Shown: positions 13,101-23,395, counted from the stretch's first letter. The stretch is 35,013 nt of DNA from Catajapyx aquilonaris (GCA_000934665.2 KZ539076.1:1-35013); one strand, 5' to 3'. Notes: generated from the letters alone by a model not told the origin. Program-made: numbers and translations.

Positions 13101-14924
13101 TGTGCGATTTGTGCAGGTCTCTCCTGGAGGCAGGGGGTGTGGAGCGACTGTTGAACATCACACGGTACCGACAGAAATATTCACCCCGTGTCTTAAAGTT
13201 TGCCAGCCAAGTGCTCTTCTCCATGTGGCAGCATCTGGAATTGAGAGAAGTGTACAAGAAGCACGGATGGAAGGAGCAGGTACGTTAAAGCGAGGTTCAT
13301 TTAGGACGTGCTTTGTTACAATTTTGTTCCGTCTCTAAAGGACTTTGTGACCAAGACTGTAGCAGCTCGCAACACCAACCCATCATCTCCGACCCAGGCC
13401 AACAATACCCTGAACCGGCCGATGGCCAGCCAGGGTGGGACGAGGTACGAGGACAAGACGATGCAGAGGAGGGGTAGCGGGAACCTCAACAATGCTTCCA
13501 GGAGCCCAGGACCATCCAGCTACGTTAAGGTAAGCCAACAATACATATCATGCAGAAATAAGTCATGCAATAATTTCGCATCGCTCCAGCCTGGAGAGGA
13601 AGTTCCACTAGCGGACATGCCATACCCCGACGGCGGTGCACACGCACCGGTGCCATCTGGAGGTGTTCGGATATATCCTCCTCCTGTGAGTACCTTCTAC
13701 AAATCTCTGGAGCCAGTTCCGTACTTTAAAAGATCACAATGTAAAAAAAAAACAATTCGGACAAATGTACATACAAAAAGCCTTGCGCATGATCTTTTTA
13801 TTTCGGTTGTACGTCACATTTTTGAGGGGGGATTTGTATCACTTATTGTTTCCATACATTTCTTATGGCATCATGTGCACTTTGGAGGACCTGTCTCACT
13901 CTTTTTCTCTGTATGTTTACCTCTTCTTTTTTTTCTCCTCATTTTTCATACACTTTACCCCCTGGGCCAGCCTGTGCAGCAGCTCAGCTAACCTGCTTTG
14001 CCGGTGGGTGTTTTTTGCGAGTGAGGCCTCCACGAACTATTTTTCCTTCTTACGGAAGTGTAGAGAGTCAGTGGAGATAGATCCGTAGTGATAATAGAGG
14101 GCTGCCTCTCTCTCTCACGTGGTAGACATAGTTGCATCGGAATATTCGGAAAGTGTGGTCCTCCTTGAGCATGGCATAGTTGCGTGTATGTGTGTACCAG
14201 GACATGAATAAGAGAACAATCGGTACTAAACAACCACACAAAAATTGGTCACTGGATTTGAGAGCGAAAGTGTTCACGACTGAAATTTGCCTGCACCTTT
14301 TATTATGTTCTGTGCATGTGACTGTTTGCACTGTCGTCTTGTGTCCCTTGCAAGTGTTATGCCTTACGTGAGTGTGTGCACAACAAGAACACTCGTTGAG
14401 TGCACATTCATTACTTGCCTTTTGACGTCACAAGAAGTGGCATTGTTGATAGGACACACTGAGTCGTTATGGGAAGAAATGAAATGCTGTCATTTAATAT
14501 TTTGTCAGGTATGACCTAATTGCTGCAAGATGTGTCCAATGTACTAAAGTGGAACTGAAATTCTTCGCCAGCTTCTTGTGACTTCATAATTTTAATGCAA
14601 CACAGACGAGCCGCCTTCTATTTCACTCTTGTTTTGCTCTTTGTCTCCACAGTCTTCCAATGGTGTATGAACGTTGTTTTCCAGGCGAAACCCGGCGAAC
14701 CTGTGTATGCAAAGGTGAACCGGGAGAAGAAGAAGAACCGGCAGTATGATGGACAGGTTGACCACCAGATGCTTGCGGGGGACGGCTGGGTTATCGAGGA
14801 CGGAAGCGGCACGATGGGGGTGAGTGTCGGAGGAGGCGGAGGTGCGGCAACAATGCCTGCCACGATGGCTATGGAAGGGACTGCCGGAGGACCTCACGCA
14901 GCCGGAGGAGACTCGTGGGTGTGA
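1193..14924 (+). CDS. p120ctn: p120-catenin / delta-catenin family armadillo-repeat protein; 5'-incomplete, 12 coding exons in window
   Basis: Phase-consistent exons: 1193-1480, 9187-9312, 9639-9866, 10590-10809, 10871-11024, 11100-11242, 11500-11741, 12485-13043, 13117-13279, 13341-13529, 13590-13685, 14685-14924. Family motifs: [66 protein letters not shown]-x-x-RKKK insert, [28 protein letters not shown]-terminal DSWV. The first three exons (Pro/Tyr-rich) are linked by splice phase rather than by motif. Confidence 0.95.
1684..1890. mobile_element. 207-bp fold-back MITE, Tc1/mariner-type (TA target), copy 1
   Basis: TA|CAGGGTGGTCCAAGTTCAAGTGTCGTTTTATAACGGCGATTAATAG ... CTATTAATCGCCGTTATAAAACGACACTTGAACTTGGACCACCCTG|TA. 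The interior is also largely palindromic. Confidence 0.92.
2361..2416. other. Assembly gap (N run) flanked by poly-C and poly-G
   Basis: Ns seen directly. Confidence 0.99.
2700..2906. mobile_element. 207-bp fold-back MITE, copy 2, inverted relative to copy 1
   Basis: Same TIRs and TA flanks as 1684-1890. The asymmetric interior (GAAGCGCTTAAC vs GCAGTGATTTTGC) is in the opposite orientation. Confidence 0.92.
3115..3320. repeat. Degenerate ~60-bp direct repeat pair (probable TE remnant)
   Basis: TTCCGATTGGCCGCCGTTCCGAGCCTGCGCAATGGGGGAAGGCAGCGCCTCTGGTGG vs TTCCGATTGGCTTCCGTTCTGCGCATGCGTAATGAGGGAAGACAGCTCCTCTGGTGG, about 140 bp apart. Confidence 0.7.
4033..4214. mobile_element. 182-bp MITE with 31-bp TIRs and 4-bp AAAT target duplication (Sola1-like)
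   Basis: AAAT|GGACGGTATTATGCAATAATGAGTCAACCCA ... TGGGTTGACACATTATTGCATAACACCGTCC|AAAT; TIRs match at 29/31. The superfamily is inferred only from the AWWT TSD. Confidence 0.8.
4989..5342. repeat. Degenerate direct repeat pair about 280 bp apart
   Basis: GGCTAGGCG...TCATCACCAACGTGCATGTA[A/G]TACTA...TGAG..CGGC occurs at ~4989-5067 and ~5266-5342. Confidence 0.65.
7281..7469. mobile_element. ~190-bp palindromic MITE flanked by TA
   Basis: CACTGCAAAACGTTAAAAGAGCATTACTAGTGAGTCTCTCATGGAACATAAATTTTTAATGCT pairs with AGCATTAAAAATTGATGTTCTGTGAGAGACTCACCATTGATGCTCTTTTAATGTTTTGCGGTT. Confidence 0.8.
7950..8240. repeat. Two degenerate tandem copies of a ~150-bp unit
   Basis: CATATTTTTAGA[C/G]ACTGTCCTTGGT..ACTCAATG..GAATTTTTCGG..TTTTTTGAACCAAAC..AATTTGC occurs twice. 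Confidence 0.7.
10185..10335. mobile_element. ~150-bp degenerate MITE-like inverted repeat in a catenin intron
   Basis: GCTGCATTTACATGCGAGCGATTTATCAGCAATGTTGCAGCAA pairs with TTGCTACAACATCGGCGATAAATCACTCGTATGTAAATGCGGC. The TSD is unclear. Confidence 0.65.
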
Positions 14925-14960
14925 GACAAAAAAAAAGTTTTATTTGTTTTTAAAATTGCA

Positions 14961-15000
14961 AAGGAGATAAATGGTGTGGAAAGGAGATAAATGGTGTGGA
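14961..15000. repeat. Perfect 20-bp tandem duplication at the start of the catenin 3' UTR
   Basis: AAGGAGATAAATGGTGTGGA x2. Confidence 0.9.
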
Positions 15001-15436
15001 TAAAAAAAATCATATTGCAGCAGGATGAAAATCTTTTAAAACTATACATTCCAATGGATCGACAAAATGTGTGTTTTCTTTTTCTTTTTCACAATCCCAA
15101 CTTTTGTGTACAAGACTTCCAAAAAAAGAAAAACAACAGTGATGGCAGCTCTTTTTTATTATCAAATTTTTTTATTTACACAGGTTTATTCCTTCCCCCC
15201 CAAACCCCTCCCCCAAGAGAAAAGTGATAAGTGTTAGTGCAATTTTTTTGTTTCAACAAAATGTGTGAGAGAAATGAAGCAGGATGATGCGGGTTTCGAT
15301 GAATACGGACAATCAAGGAGCAGTGGCCACCCAATTGTTTCATAATCGTACACCAATTTTTTGAGCCATCGTCAACATTTTTTTTTTTTTTTGAACACTT
15401 CCTACCGAAAGTGAAGCGGAAAAATATTTGTGTGTG

Positions 15437-16263
15437 TGTGTGTGATTTTTTGTGTGGATGATTTGTTTTTCCTTTTTTTTTATATATAGTGCAGGCAGAT
15501 TTTAAAAAAGAAGAAAAAGAGAGGCATTTTCCAATATTGTCGTTATGAAATCTCTCCGCCAACTGATGGGACTTAAAGGAGAGATTTTTTTTTTCACCTC
15601 AGAAGAGCCATTTTGGAAGAAAAAAAAAAGATGGAAAAGAGGGGGTGCTGCCATGGTTTGAAGAAAACATTTTAACGGGAACAATGTTTGGTGCAATCAG
15701 GTTCCGAAAAGAAAATAATATGAAAGATGGATTTTGCAAAATGAGGGTCACAAAGTGTTCCAAAGACTCCTGCATTTCTCCTATTTGCTCTTGGCTTGAA
15801 CATTCCAGTCTTGCCATTTTTTTGGGTTTTATTTCCAAAAAAAAAAACNTGTGTGTGATTTTTTGTGTGGATGATTTGTTTTTCCTTTTTTTTTATATAT
15901 AGTGCAGGCAGATTTTAAAAAAGAAGAAAAAGAGAGGCATTTTCCAATATTGTCGTTATGAAATCTCTCCGCCAACTGATGGGACTTAAAGGAGAGATTT
16001 TTTTTTTCACCTCAGAAGAGCCATTTTGGAAGAAAAAAAAAAAGATGGAAAAGAGGGGGTGCTGCCATGGTTTGAAGAAAACATTTTAACGGGAACAATG
16101 TTTGGTGCAATCAGGTTCCGAAAAGAAAATAATATGAAAGATGGATTTTGCAAAATGAGGGTCACAAAGTGTTCCAAAGACTCCTGCATTTCTCCTATTT
16201 GCTCTTGGCTTGAACATTCCAGTCTTGCCATTTTTTTGGGTTTTATTTCCAAAAAAAAAAAAC
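15437..16263. repeat. ~412-bp near-identical tandem duplication around a single N (likely unmerged contig overlap)
   Basis: 15437-15848 and 15850-16263 appear to differ only in homopolymer lengths; N at 15849. Confidence 0.85.
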
Positions 16264-17003
16264 AAATATGTGATGGGGATTTTTTTAAATATTGGGGGCC
16301 AACCCAGCAACATGAACATTGTAAAAACTGGTTTTAATAGAAAATCAACCCCTTAAAAAAAAAATCATGGTGCCAAAGGTGGGGGGAGAGGGTCGCGAGC
16401 CTTTTTTAAAAAAACAGAAAATGCGGAACGTTTGCGGATTTGGAAGAGAAAAAGAGAGCGTACGGCTTCCATTCCCTGCACCCGAAAGTGATTCATACTT
16501 TTTACTTTTAACGCGCATTTTTTAAAGGAGACTTGCATCACCGTCCAGCAGTTTTTTCCAGGCAGAGATGTGGGCTGAGCTTTGCATTGAGATTTTTTGA
16601 AACCAGTTTTTACCATGTGTATGTTACATTTCCACATGTTCCCAAAAATATATATATACTGGAAAAAAAATTCACTTTGTTTTTTTTTGGATGGAAATAC
16701 TTTTTTCCTGCTAGGTCATTCCAAGTAATGGGTAAATAGGCTTTCAGGGTGTTCAAATTTTCTTTACTTTTCCAATTTACCAAAACTTGTACGACTCTGG
16801 TTTCAAAGCGAATGAAAGATTTTTTTTTTTTTTCATTACGTGTTTCTTCCAACGAAATTTTTGATTGTTTAACGTGGTGGTCTCAAAAGATTCTTTATGT
16901 AAAGTACAGTATTGTGTGTATCGTGTACATCCTATGNCCCCCCCCCCCTCTTTTTTTTTGGTTTATTACAGAAACAATGTAACAGTACCCAAGGGTAGTA
17001 TAT

Positions 17004-17009
17004 AATAAA
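17004..17009 (+). terminator. Candidate polyadenylation signal of the catenin gene
   Basis: AATAAA at the end of a ~2-kb AU/GU-rich 3' UTR-like region, just before the convergent gene array. Confidence 0.5.
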
Positions 17010-17361
17010 GCAGTTCTATACAGAATTAAGTATGCTCATATTTTCTCCGTACATTTAGGGTCAGGCGTCATCATTTTAGTTACAACGGTAGTGACAACTG
17101 CATGACCTGCTCCTATGTGAAGTGTGCTTGGATGCTGCGGAACGAATTATTTTCCAGCACTTGAGACTGGAATACCAACAACCGGTATGTTGAAATATGT
17201 AGCTATAAATTAACAAGTAATCAGAGGGAAAACATATGTGCAGTGTACATCACAATTTATTGTCTTGACATTAACGTGCGGAAAAGCTTAGTGTTGATTT
17301 TACTAAGGGGATGTGCAGTTGTTATTTTGCTTCAATTGATTCCGATCAGGAGAATTTTCTT

Positions 17362-18005
17362 TTAGTGCCTTCGCTTCCTTTTCCTAGATGGCTTGGAGCG
17401 GCGCTGCTCGTTTTCCTGCTGGGCTGCCCAGGTGAACAGGTCATCGGGGCTGGTCTTCCTGCTCCAGTCTTGCACTGGAAGGGTCACTATGGTTTTGGCG
17501 GCGAAGTCGGGGTATTTCACCACGTCCATCGGATTCTCCTCCTCCTCTTCCTCGTGCTCCTTGTGCTTGGCCTCCTTCCCAAAGTAGCAGTAGGCCGGAG
17601 ACGAGAAGATGCCGCCGGTCCGATAGGCTGCCAGGGACTCCCTGTATTTGTCCAGCGCATTTTCGTAGAAATGCACGTAGTAATCGTGTGGCTGGATGGG
17701 AATAGGCTTCAGCAAAGGATTGGGCAACTCGGACATCTTGTCCACCTCTGCATCCTGCGGAGTAGCCCGGTCAGTTGACATCTAGTGAAAATCCAGAGAA
17801 TTACATTTGAAATGTAAAGCGGTTACGCTTACAGAAGCTATTTTTTAAATACGTACAATATCTATCTGTTTTGAATTAGTGCCAAAAATTGCGGACTGTT
17901 ACGGGCAATTGGATCATGGCTTATGGAATTGTCACTTGCCACGGAAGTAAATGCAGGACTTACGTGACTCAGCGGCTTTTTTGCGACAGGGGGTTGTCCT
18001 GGCAT
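17362..18005 (-). CDS. Orphan array gene A, 153 aa, two exons
   Basis: Exon 1 18005-17964 (MPGQPPVAKKPLSH|gtaagt); exon 2 17781-17362 after ...cactag. Acidic run EEEEEENPMDVV, basic tail RRSKPSRKRKRRH. AATAAA near 17256-17261; X-box-like GTTGCCATGTAAC at 18100-18112. The most divergent member. Confidence 0.75.
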
Positions 18006-18247
18006 TGTTGGATATTGCGTTGGGTTTTACACTGATAAAATTTTAATGAAGCCCACGTTTCTTTTCAAGAACAATTTTGAATCCTTGTTGACTTATTACG
18101 TTGCCATGTAACCGAGCCAAGGCTGCCAACAAAGAAGAGTACTGACATCACAATGGCAACAATATATTTATTGATCATATCCTCTTTGGTGTATATTTCA
18201 GACAAAAATTTTTCTCCAGATTATTTTTCTCGGACAGCATCTCTTCA

Positions 18248-18587
18248 CTATGGTTCATCCGTGTCCATCTCCATGACATGTGATGGTCCTCCACCGTCAG
18301 CTTGCTTCTGTCCACCTGTGTTGTCGGACATGTCCTTGTTGCGGCTGGACTCACCACCACCAGCCCTTCCGGATCGGTAGCATTCTGACACAACATGAGC
18401 CGCAATAGAACTTAGCTTCTGGAGTCTCCTTCCCGTGTACTCCCCATTCTGTGTCCAATCCATCTCATCTACCATCATGGGCTCCTGATAATAATTACAC
18501 ATGCCTAATCAGCTTATTTCCTTCAAAATTTGCAAGCGGGACAGTTACCTCACTCTGGGGAGTCGTGTTCATTTCTTGGTCCGACAT
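18248..18587 (-). CDS. Orphan array gene B, 91 aa, two exons
   Basis: Exon 1 18587-18549 (MSDQEMNTTPQSE|gtaact); 64-nt intron; exon 2 18484-18248 (EPMMVDEMDW...MEMDTDEP*). Confidence 0.82.
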
Positions 18588-18636
18588 ATTTTTCTGGAGA
18601 CGATATGCTGGTTCTGTGACAATGATTTGTTTAATT

Positions 18637-18649
18637 GTTGCCTGGCAAC
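18637..18649. promoter_or_regulatory. RFX X-box (GTTGCCTGGCAAC) 50 bp upstream of the gene B ATG
   Basis: Exact fit to the GTNRCC-N0-3-RGYAAC consensus. Related motifs lie upstream of all ten array genes. Confidence 0.7.
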
Positions 18650-18812
18650 TACCTTGTAAATAATGTTGCAATAATTTCTGGCTTCTGTATGGCCTTGTCT
18701 TGCTGTCATTATACTATAGACTTTGGTGTAAACATATTTTTATTTCCCAACAGGATGCATCCAAGACTATAACTTCAGCATATCACACCGAACATATGAA
18801 CATCCGGCATCT

Positions 18813-19242
18813 TCACCTGGAACGTTGTTTTTCTTTCTTGGACTGCATCATCTTCCTCTTCTTTTCCACTGGCTCATCATGTTCCTCCTCCTCCATGTCC
18901 ATTGCCTCACCACCACCATCAGTATGCTGCCCACCATCTGTGGTGTCGGACTTAATGCAGCCAGCCTCATCATCAGTACATAGATTGCTCTCCCTCATTA
19001 GCCTCAGTCTGAACTCTAACTGTGCACGACGTATGAGCTCTTCCTTCTCTAACGTTCCCCACATGACTTCATCCTCCGTGTCCTCCTCCCTCTCATCTGA
19101 ATCCCATGAGTCCTGGTATACAAAAGGTTCCGGTGGTTCCTCCTCATCCTGAACGATGCAATTTGGACAAATATTTGGAGTCTGAAGTAATTGGATGGGA
19201 AGAAGATTGTGGACTTACCGAAGATTTATCATTGATGTCCAT
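18813..19242 (-). CDS. Orphan array gene C, 119 aa, two exons
   Basis: Exon 1 19242-19219 (MDINDKSS|gtaagt); exon 2 19148-18813 (DEEEPPEPFVYQDSWDSD...EKKRKMMQSKKEKQRSR*). Its segment SDTTDGGQHTDGGG...MDMEEEEHDEP is homologous to gene B SDNTGGQKQADGGG...MEMDTDEP. Confidence 0.8.
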
Positions 19243-19624
19243 ATTTTCAGGAGCGGACAATATTCCACTGCCGATTTTTGTACAGTACTGGTACTGTACA
19301 ATTGAGTGCTTATTCACCCGGTGTTGCCTGGAAGCATGTTGTGTCCTAATTGAAAATGTGCAAAACTGGAATTTAATTGTGCCTTATTTTAATATTTTCA
19401 GAACAAAACACGAGCCGGAACCAACTTATTCTGAAACGTTTAGTGCATGGTTCAAAAGTGTTTAATTTTGGTCGGATTGGCAACCGACTTGGACCCAACT
19501 TATTACCCAGAAATTTGGGCTGTTCCTTCTAATGTCCAAGGGACCAAATAAAGGCCAACTTCAAAAACATCCCTACTAATTAAATAAATAAATAAATCAG
19601 TCTCCATGGAATTTAATTGTCCTA

Positions 19625-19805
19625 CACAGGAATTTCATAATGAAACATTTCAAATCCAGGTTTCTTCCAAGACCTCCCAATTAATTAATTTTAAATGGAT
19701 AAAAATAAATAAAATTTTCTACCAAGGCGCAAGGCCCCACAATTAAGGAGCAATTAATTAATTATGAGACCTGAATTTGAAATGCTTCATTACAAAATTC
19801 CTGTG
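19625..19805. mobile_element. ~180-bp MITE-like element with ~40-bp TIRs, between genes C and D
   Basis: CACAGGAATTTCATAATGAAACATTTCAAATCCAGGTTTC pairs with GAGACCTGAATTTGAAATGCTTCATTACAAAATTCCTGTG. Confidence 0.72.
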
Positions 19806-19955
19806 CATCTGACATGTAAATGCCAGTGTAAGTAAAGGATAAATTGCCTTTTATTACTGCTGCAATTAAATTTGAAATCAGCTGGTTTTTCAATCTGGTT
19901 TATTCCTCAAGCACTCATAAATTTTATTTTGACAGAATCCACTCCCGAGCACACA

Positions 19956-21217
19956 CTATTTTTTTGGATATAATCTTGATGGTATTTTCCTTCCAGATCT
20001 GCTGCCTTGACCTCTGACGTGGCATCCATCATCCTCCGAATCATCGTCATCCATTGGTGGCGTAAACTTTTTCTTATCATTAAGAAGCTTTACTTTGAAC
20101 TCCTCGCGCTTCTTGGCCAGATATTTTCCGAAATAAGTGGCCTTACCTTCCTCGTCATCATCTGACCCATCACTGTCCAGGTCATCCAGGTCATCCGGAC
20201 TATCCTTGCTGGTTTTCCACTCCCCAAGATACCTCTTCTTGACCTCTTCATGCTTCAAGTCAAGGTAGCTTCCAGGTGGAGAGGGATCAGCCATCCACTT
20301 TACTTCAACGACCTTTGGATTAATGGCAAGTTTGTTCTCTACAATCTCTCCAATAGATTTCTTTCCGATCGCTTCATACTTTAAGGCAAAGTAGCTGCCT
20401 GTGGATGATGTAGACTTCCACTCTCCTTCTTCAGCTGGCTCATCGTCGTTCATGGCTGCCTGAAGCACCTTCTGTTTCAGATCTTCAAGCGCCTTCTTTC
20501 TCCGTTGTTCACGTCTCAATGCGAAGCTATTACGAGGTGCCTCACCGCCACCAGCTGTACGCTTGCCTTTACCATTCTCAGGCTTCTTGGCCTGCACACT
20601 AACGTCTCTCTTTGTAATCTTCTCACGAGTCATTCTGATCTTTTCATGCTTCACAGCAGAGGGGTTGGCGCTGGAAGAAGGCCTACTTGCACCAGCCTTC
20701 TCTTCTTCTTCTTCGTCTTCGGGCTCCTTTGGGATTTCCTGCTCTTTCTTTTCCAACTTATCAAGAGCCTTCTTTCTGTTCTCTTCCAGCTTCAAGGAAA
20801 AGTAGCTGCTGGTTGAAGATGGACGAGCGCTACCAAACTTCAACTCTCGTTCGTCGTCATCAGTGCCGTCGTCATCTGAAGCATCGTCGTCAATGCCGTC
20901 CGGAATTGGTTCCTTTTTCATGTCCTCAGGAGCCTTCCTTTTGCTTTCTGCATGCTTCAAGCTGTCTGTGGTAGAGTGTTTACCACGACCAGCCTTTGTA
21001 GATATGTTGAATTTTTGAGACAGTAGTTTTAGCTCCTGTGCTTTCTTTTCCAACTTGTCGCGATGCACCCGATTGTGACGACTCTGGCCCTTCTTCTTCA
21101 CCTTAATGGGCTGCTGATAAATTAGAACGCCATAATTAGCTTCTCTCCTTCAAAATTTGCAAGGGGCGCTTACTTTACCTTAGTACGTGGAGTAGTCGTG
21201 TTCTCTTTGCCAGACAT
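19956..21217 (-). CDS. Orphan array gene D, ~398 aa, two exons, internally repeated Lys/Glu/Asp-rich protein
   Basis: Exon 1 21217-21179 (MSGKENTTTPRTK|gtaaag); NAGNAG acceptor (cagcag); exon 2 21113-19956 is an open frame of 385 codons with repeated SYFxLKxEExRKKxL motifs. Confidence 0.88.
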
Positions 21218-21613
21218 ATTTAGGGAGAGGCGTGGGAAGCTGAATTCTGTGACCAATTTGGTTTGCTGCTTATTTAAATTTTGCATGCCTGGTAACGACC
21301 AAAGAATGTTATGTTGTTTTACATTGTTGTATATTCTCTCATCATGGCTCCAATTTTTAGGGGGAAAAAAATGAAGAATGCAGTATTTGTAGAGTAAAAT
21401 AATGTGAAAATTGTACTGCACTGCCACAATCGATTTGAATTGCGTCGGTTTTAATCGCATTTATTTGTCAAACAGAGAGGTTATGAAACATATCAAATTA
21501 GGATTTACTCCCAAAGCCCACACATTATTTTGTGTGTGTCGCACAGTCCGGAATGGTCTTGTTGTTGGGCCACCTCCAGCACTGCTGTCTTGGACCTTTG
21601 ACCCCACCCTCCT

Positions 21614-21960
21614 CTAAGTCCCCTTGGTCCCTTCTTCCATGTTCTTTGGCTCATCGAGGAGATCCTTCTTGTCCTTCTGAGCCTTCTCATCAAGTGTAGG
21701 TGGAGCCGGAGCATCCTCCTCACCACCACCTCGGACCAATAGTTGAGCTACCTTAGCCCCTAGGTTACACAAAGCCTTGTGGTAGTTGTACGCATCAAAG
21801 TAAGGATACTCTGGATGTTCCTGGTCCTCGACATCCTCCACCTTCAAGGGCTGCTGATAATAATTAAGACATGTTAATCAGCTTCTCTCATACATAACTT
21901 GCAAGAGAAAATAGTTACCGGTACCTCACTCTGTGGAGTAGTGTTCTCTTTGCCAGACAT
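21614..21960 (-). CDS. Orphan array gene E, ~91 aa, two exons
   Basis: Exon 1 21960-21925 (MSGKENTTPQSE|gtaccg; alternative in-frame donor 6 nt further on); exon 2 21853-21614 (QPLKVEDVEDQEHPEYPYFDAYNYHKALCNLGAKVAQLL...). Clear paralog of gene H. Confidence 0.87.
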
Positions 21961-22285
21961 TTTTAGAATGAAGAGAGATATGCTTATGGAGGGAAAATGA
22001 TTTGTTGTTTATCAGAAATAATTGTATCGGCCTAGTAACCATCTGGTCATGAGTGTTGTATAAATTGTTGAGTCTGTTATAAGTCGCATTTATTTGCAAA
22101 ACAAGCAGGAATTATATTCTGACACAATTAAAATCATGAGCCACACCCCCAGAGTTTGTGATCTTTTCGAGCTCCCTGCAGAATGGCTGTCTTGACCTCT
22201 GACCTGGCCTCCTCTTAACCACTCTTGGTCTCCATTTATATCCTTTGGCTCATCGTATAGTCAGTGCCTGCAATCTTCTTTTTTT

Positions 22286-22598
22286 CTATTCATCACGAGT
22301 CTTCCTGATCTTCCTGATTTGTTCACTCTTCCAGAATTCGTATGAAGAGCCATCTTCATCATCACCATACTTTGTGTTGTATTCTTGCACCATTGTGCCC
22401 AGCTCCTTCAATCTCTTTTCCAATGTCTTCTTGGCAAACTGCGCTCGATCATGAATTTTTGGTTTCTCCTCGTTCACCTTCGTGGGCTAACCGATAATAA
22501 TAATGACATAAATCAGCTTCACTCATACACATAACGTGCAAGAGGAGATAATGGCTTACCTCACTCTTGGGAGTAGTGTTCTTCTCTTTGTCAGACAT
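22286..22598 (-). CDS. Orphan array gene F, 79 aa, two exons
   Basis: Exon 1 22598-22560 (MSDKEKNTTPKSE|gtaagc); exon 2 22486-22286 (PTKVNEEKPKIHDRAQFAKKTLEKRLKELG...). Confidence 0.82.
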
Positions 22599-23078
22599 CT
22601 TGTAGGGAGATGTGCTGGAATAATTCTGTGACAAACGTCAGTTGTTGATAGAAATTGGATTTCCCTGGCAACCAACTGGTCAAGTATGTTACATATTGTT
22701 TCACATCGTTAGAATATTTTTCTATAAATACTTTTGATCGACTTCGTCCATGCGATTTTATGCACGTTATTATGGAATGTATGGATATTGTGTGATATCG
22801 ACAAAATTGTGTGCTAGAATTTATTTCACCAATATCATGGTACAGTGTGTGCTATAGTTTCTGTGGAAGTAAAGGATAAAATGCCAGCTGTCGCCAATCA
22901 ATAGAAAGTGAATCGGTTTCAATATAATTTATTTGTTAAACGCACAGATTTTTAAGCATTTCAAATCAGGATTTACTCTCAAGCACACACATTAATTTTT
23001 TGTTTTGGTTTTTAGTACAGTCCGGAATGGTCTTGTTTGTGGGTCGCCTCCAGAACTGCTTGACCCTATGACCATTTC

Positions 23079-23395
23079 TTAACCACTCTCATTAGTTTCT
23101 TCTTCCATGTCCATTGGCTCATCGTCTCCCTTGGCTTCTGGGATATACTTGTCTGTCTCAGCATTCATCTCGAACTCTTCCAGCTGAGCGAGCAAGATGC
23201 CATGTTTCTCCTCCAATATTTGAGCTATCTTGTTCTTTAGGTCTATTATCTTCTCAAGATATCCTGTGTGGGACTCCTAATAATAATAATTAGATACCTT
23301 AAAGTTTCTCTCCTTCATATAATTTGCAAGGGGGGGGGGGGAGAGAAAATATTTACCTCACTCTGGGGAGCAGTGTTCTCTTGTTTGACTGCCAT
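23079..23395 (-). CDS. Orphan array gene G, 78 aa, two exons (absent from the ORF track)
   Basis: Exon 1 23395-23357 (MAVKQENTAPQSE|gtaaat); exon 2 23276-23079 ESHTGYLEKIIDLKNKIAQILEEKHGILLAQLEEFEMNAETDKYIPEAKGDDEPMDMEEETNESG*, homologous to H (LEEFE..AETDKKDIPGAKGD). Confidence 0.85.

Noticed and set aside
15437..16263. Duplicated 3' UTR block and duplicated ORFs (MEIKPKKMARL..., MLPWFEENILT...)
   Set aside because: Near-identical copies separated by one N; typical unmerged scaffold overlap in non-coding UTR.
17017..17203. Coding-looking minus-strand stretch (FNIPVVGIPVSSAGK*FVPQHPSTLH...) as an 11th array gene
   Set aside because: Contains an internal stop, lacks the family's first exon and X-box-like motif, and shows no similarity to A-J.
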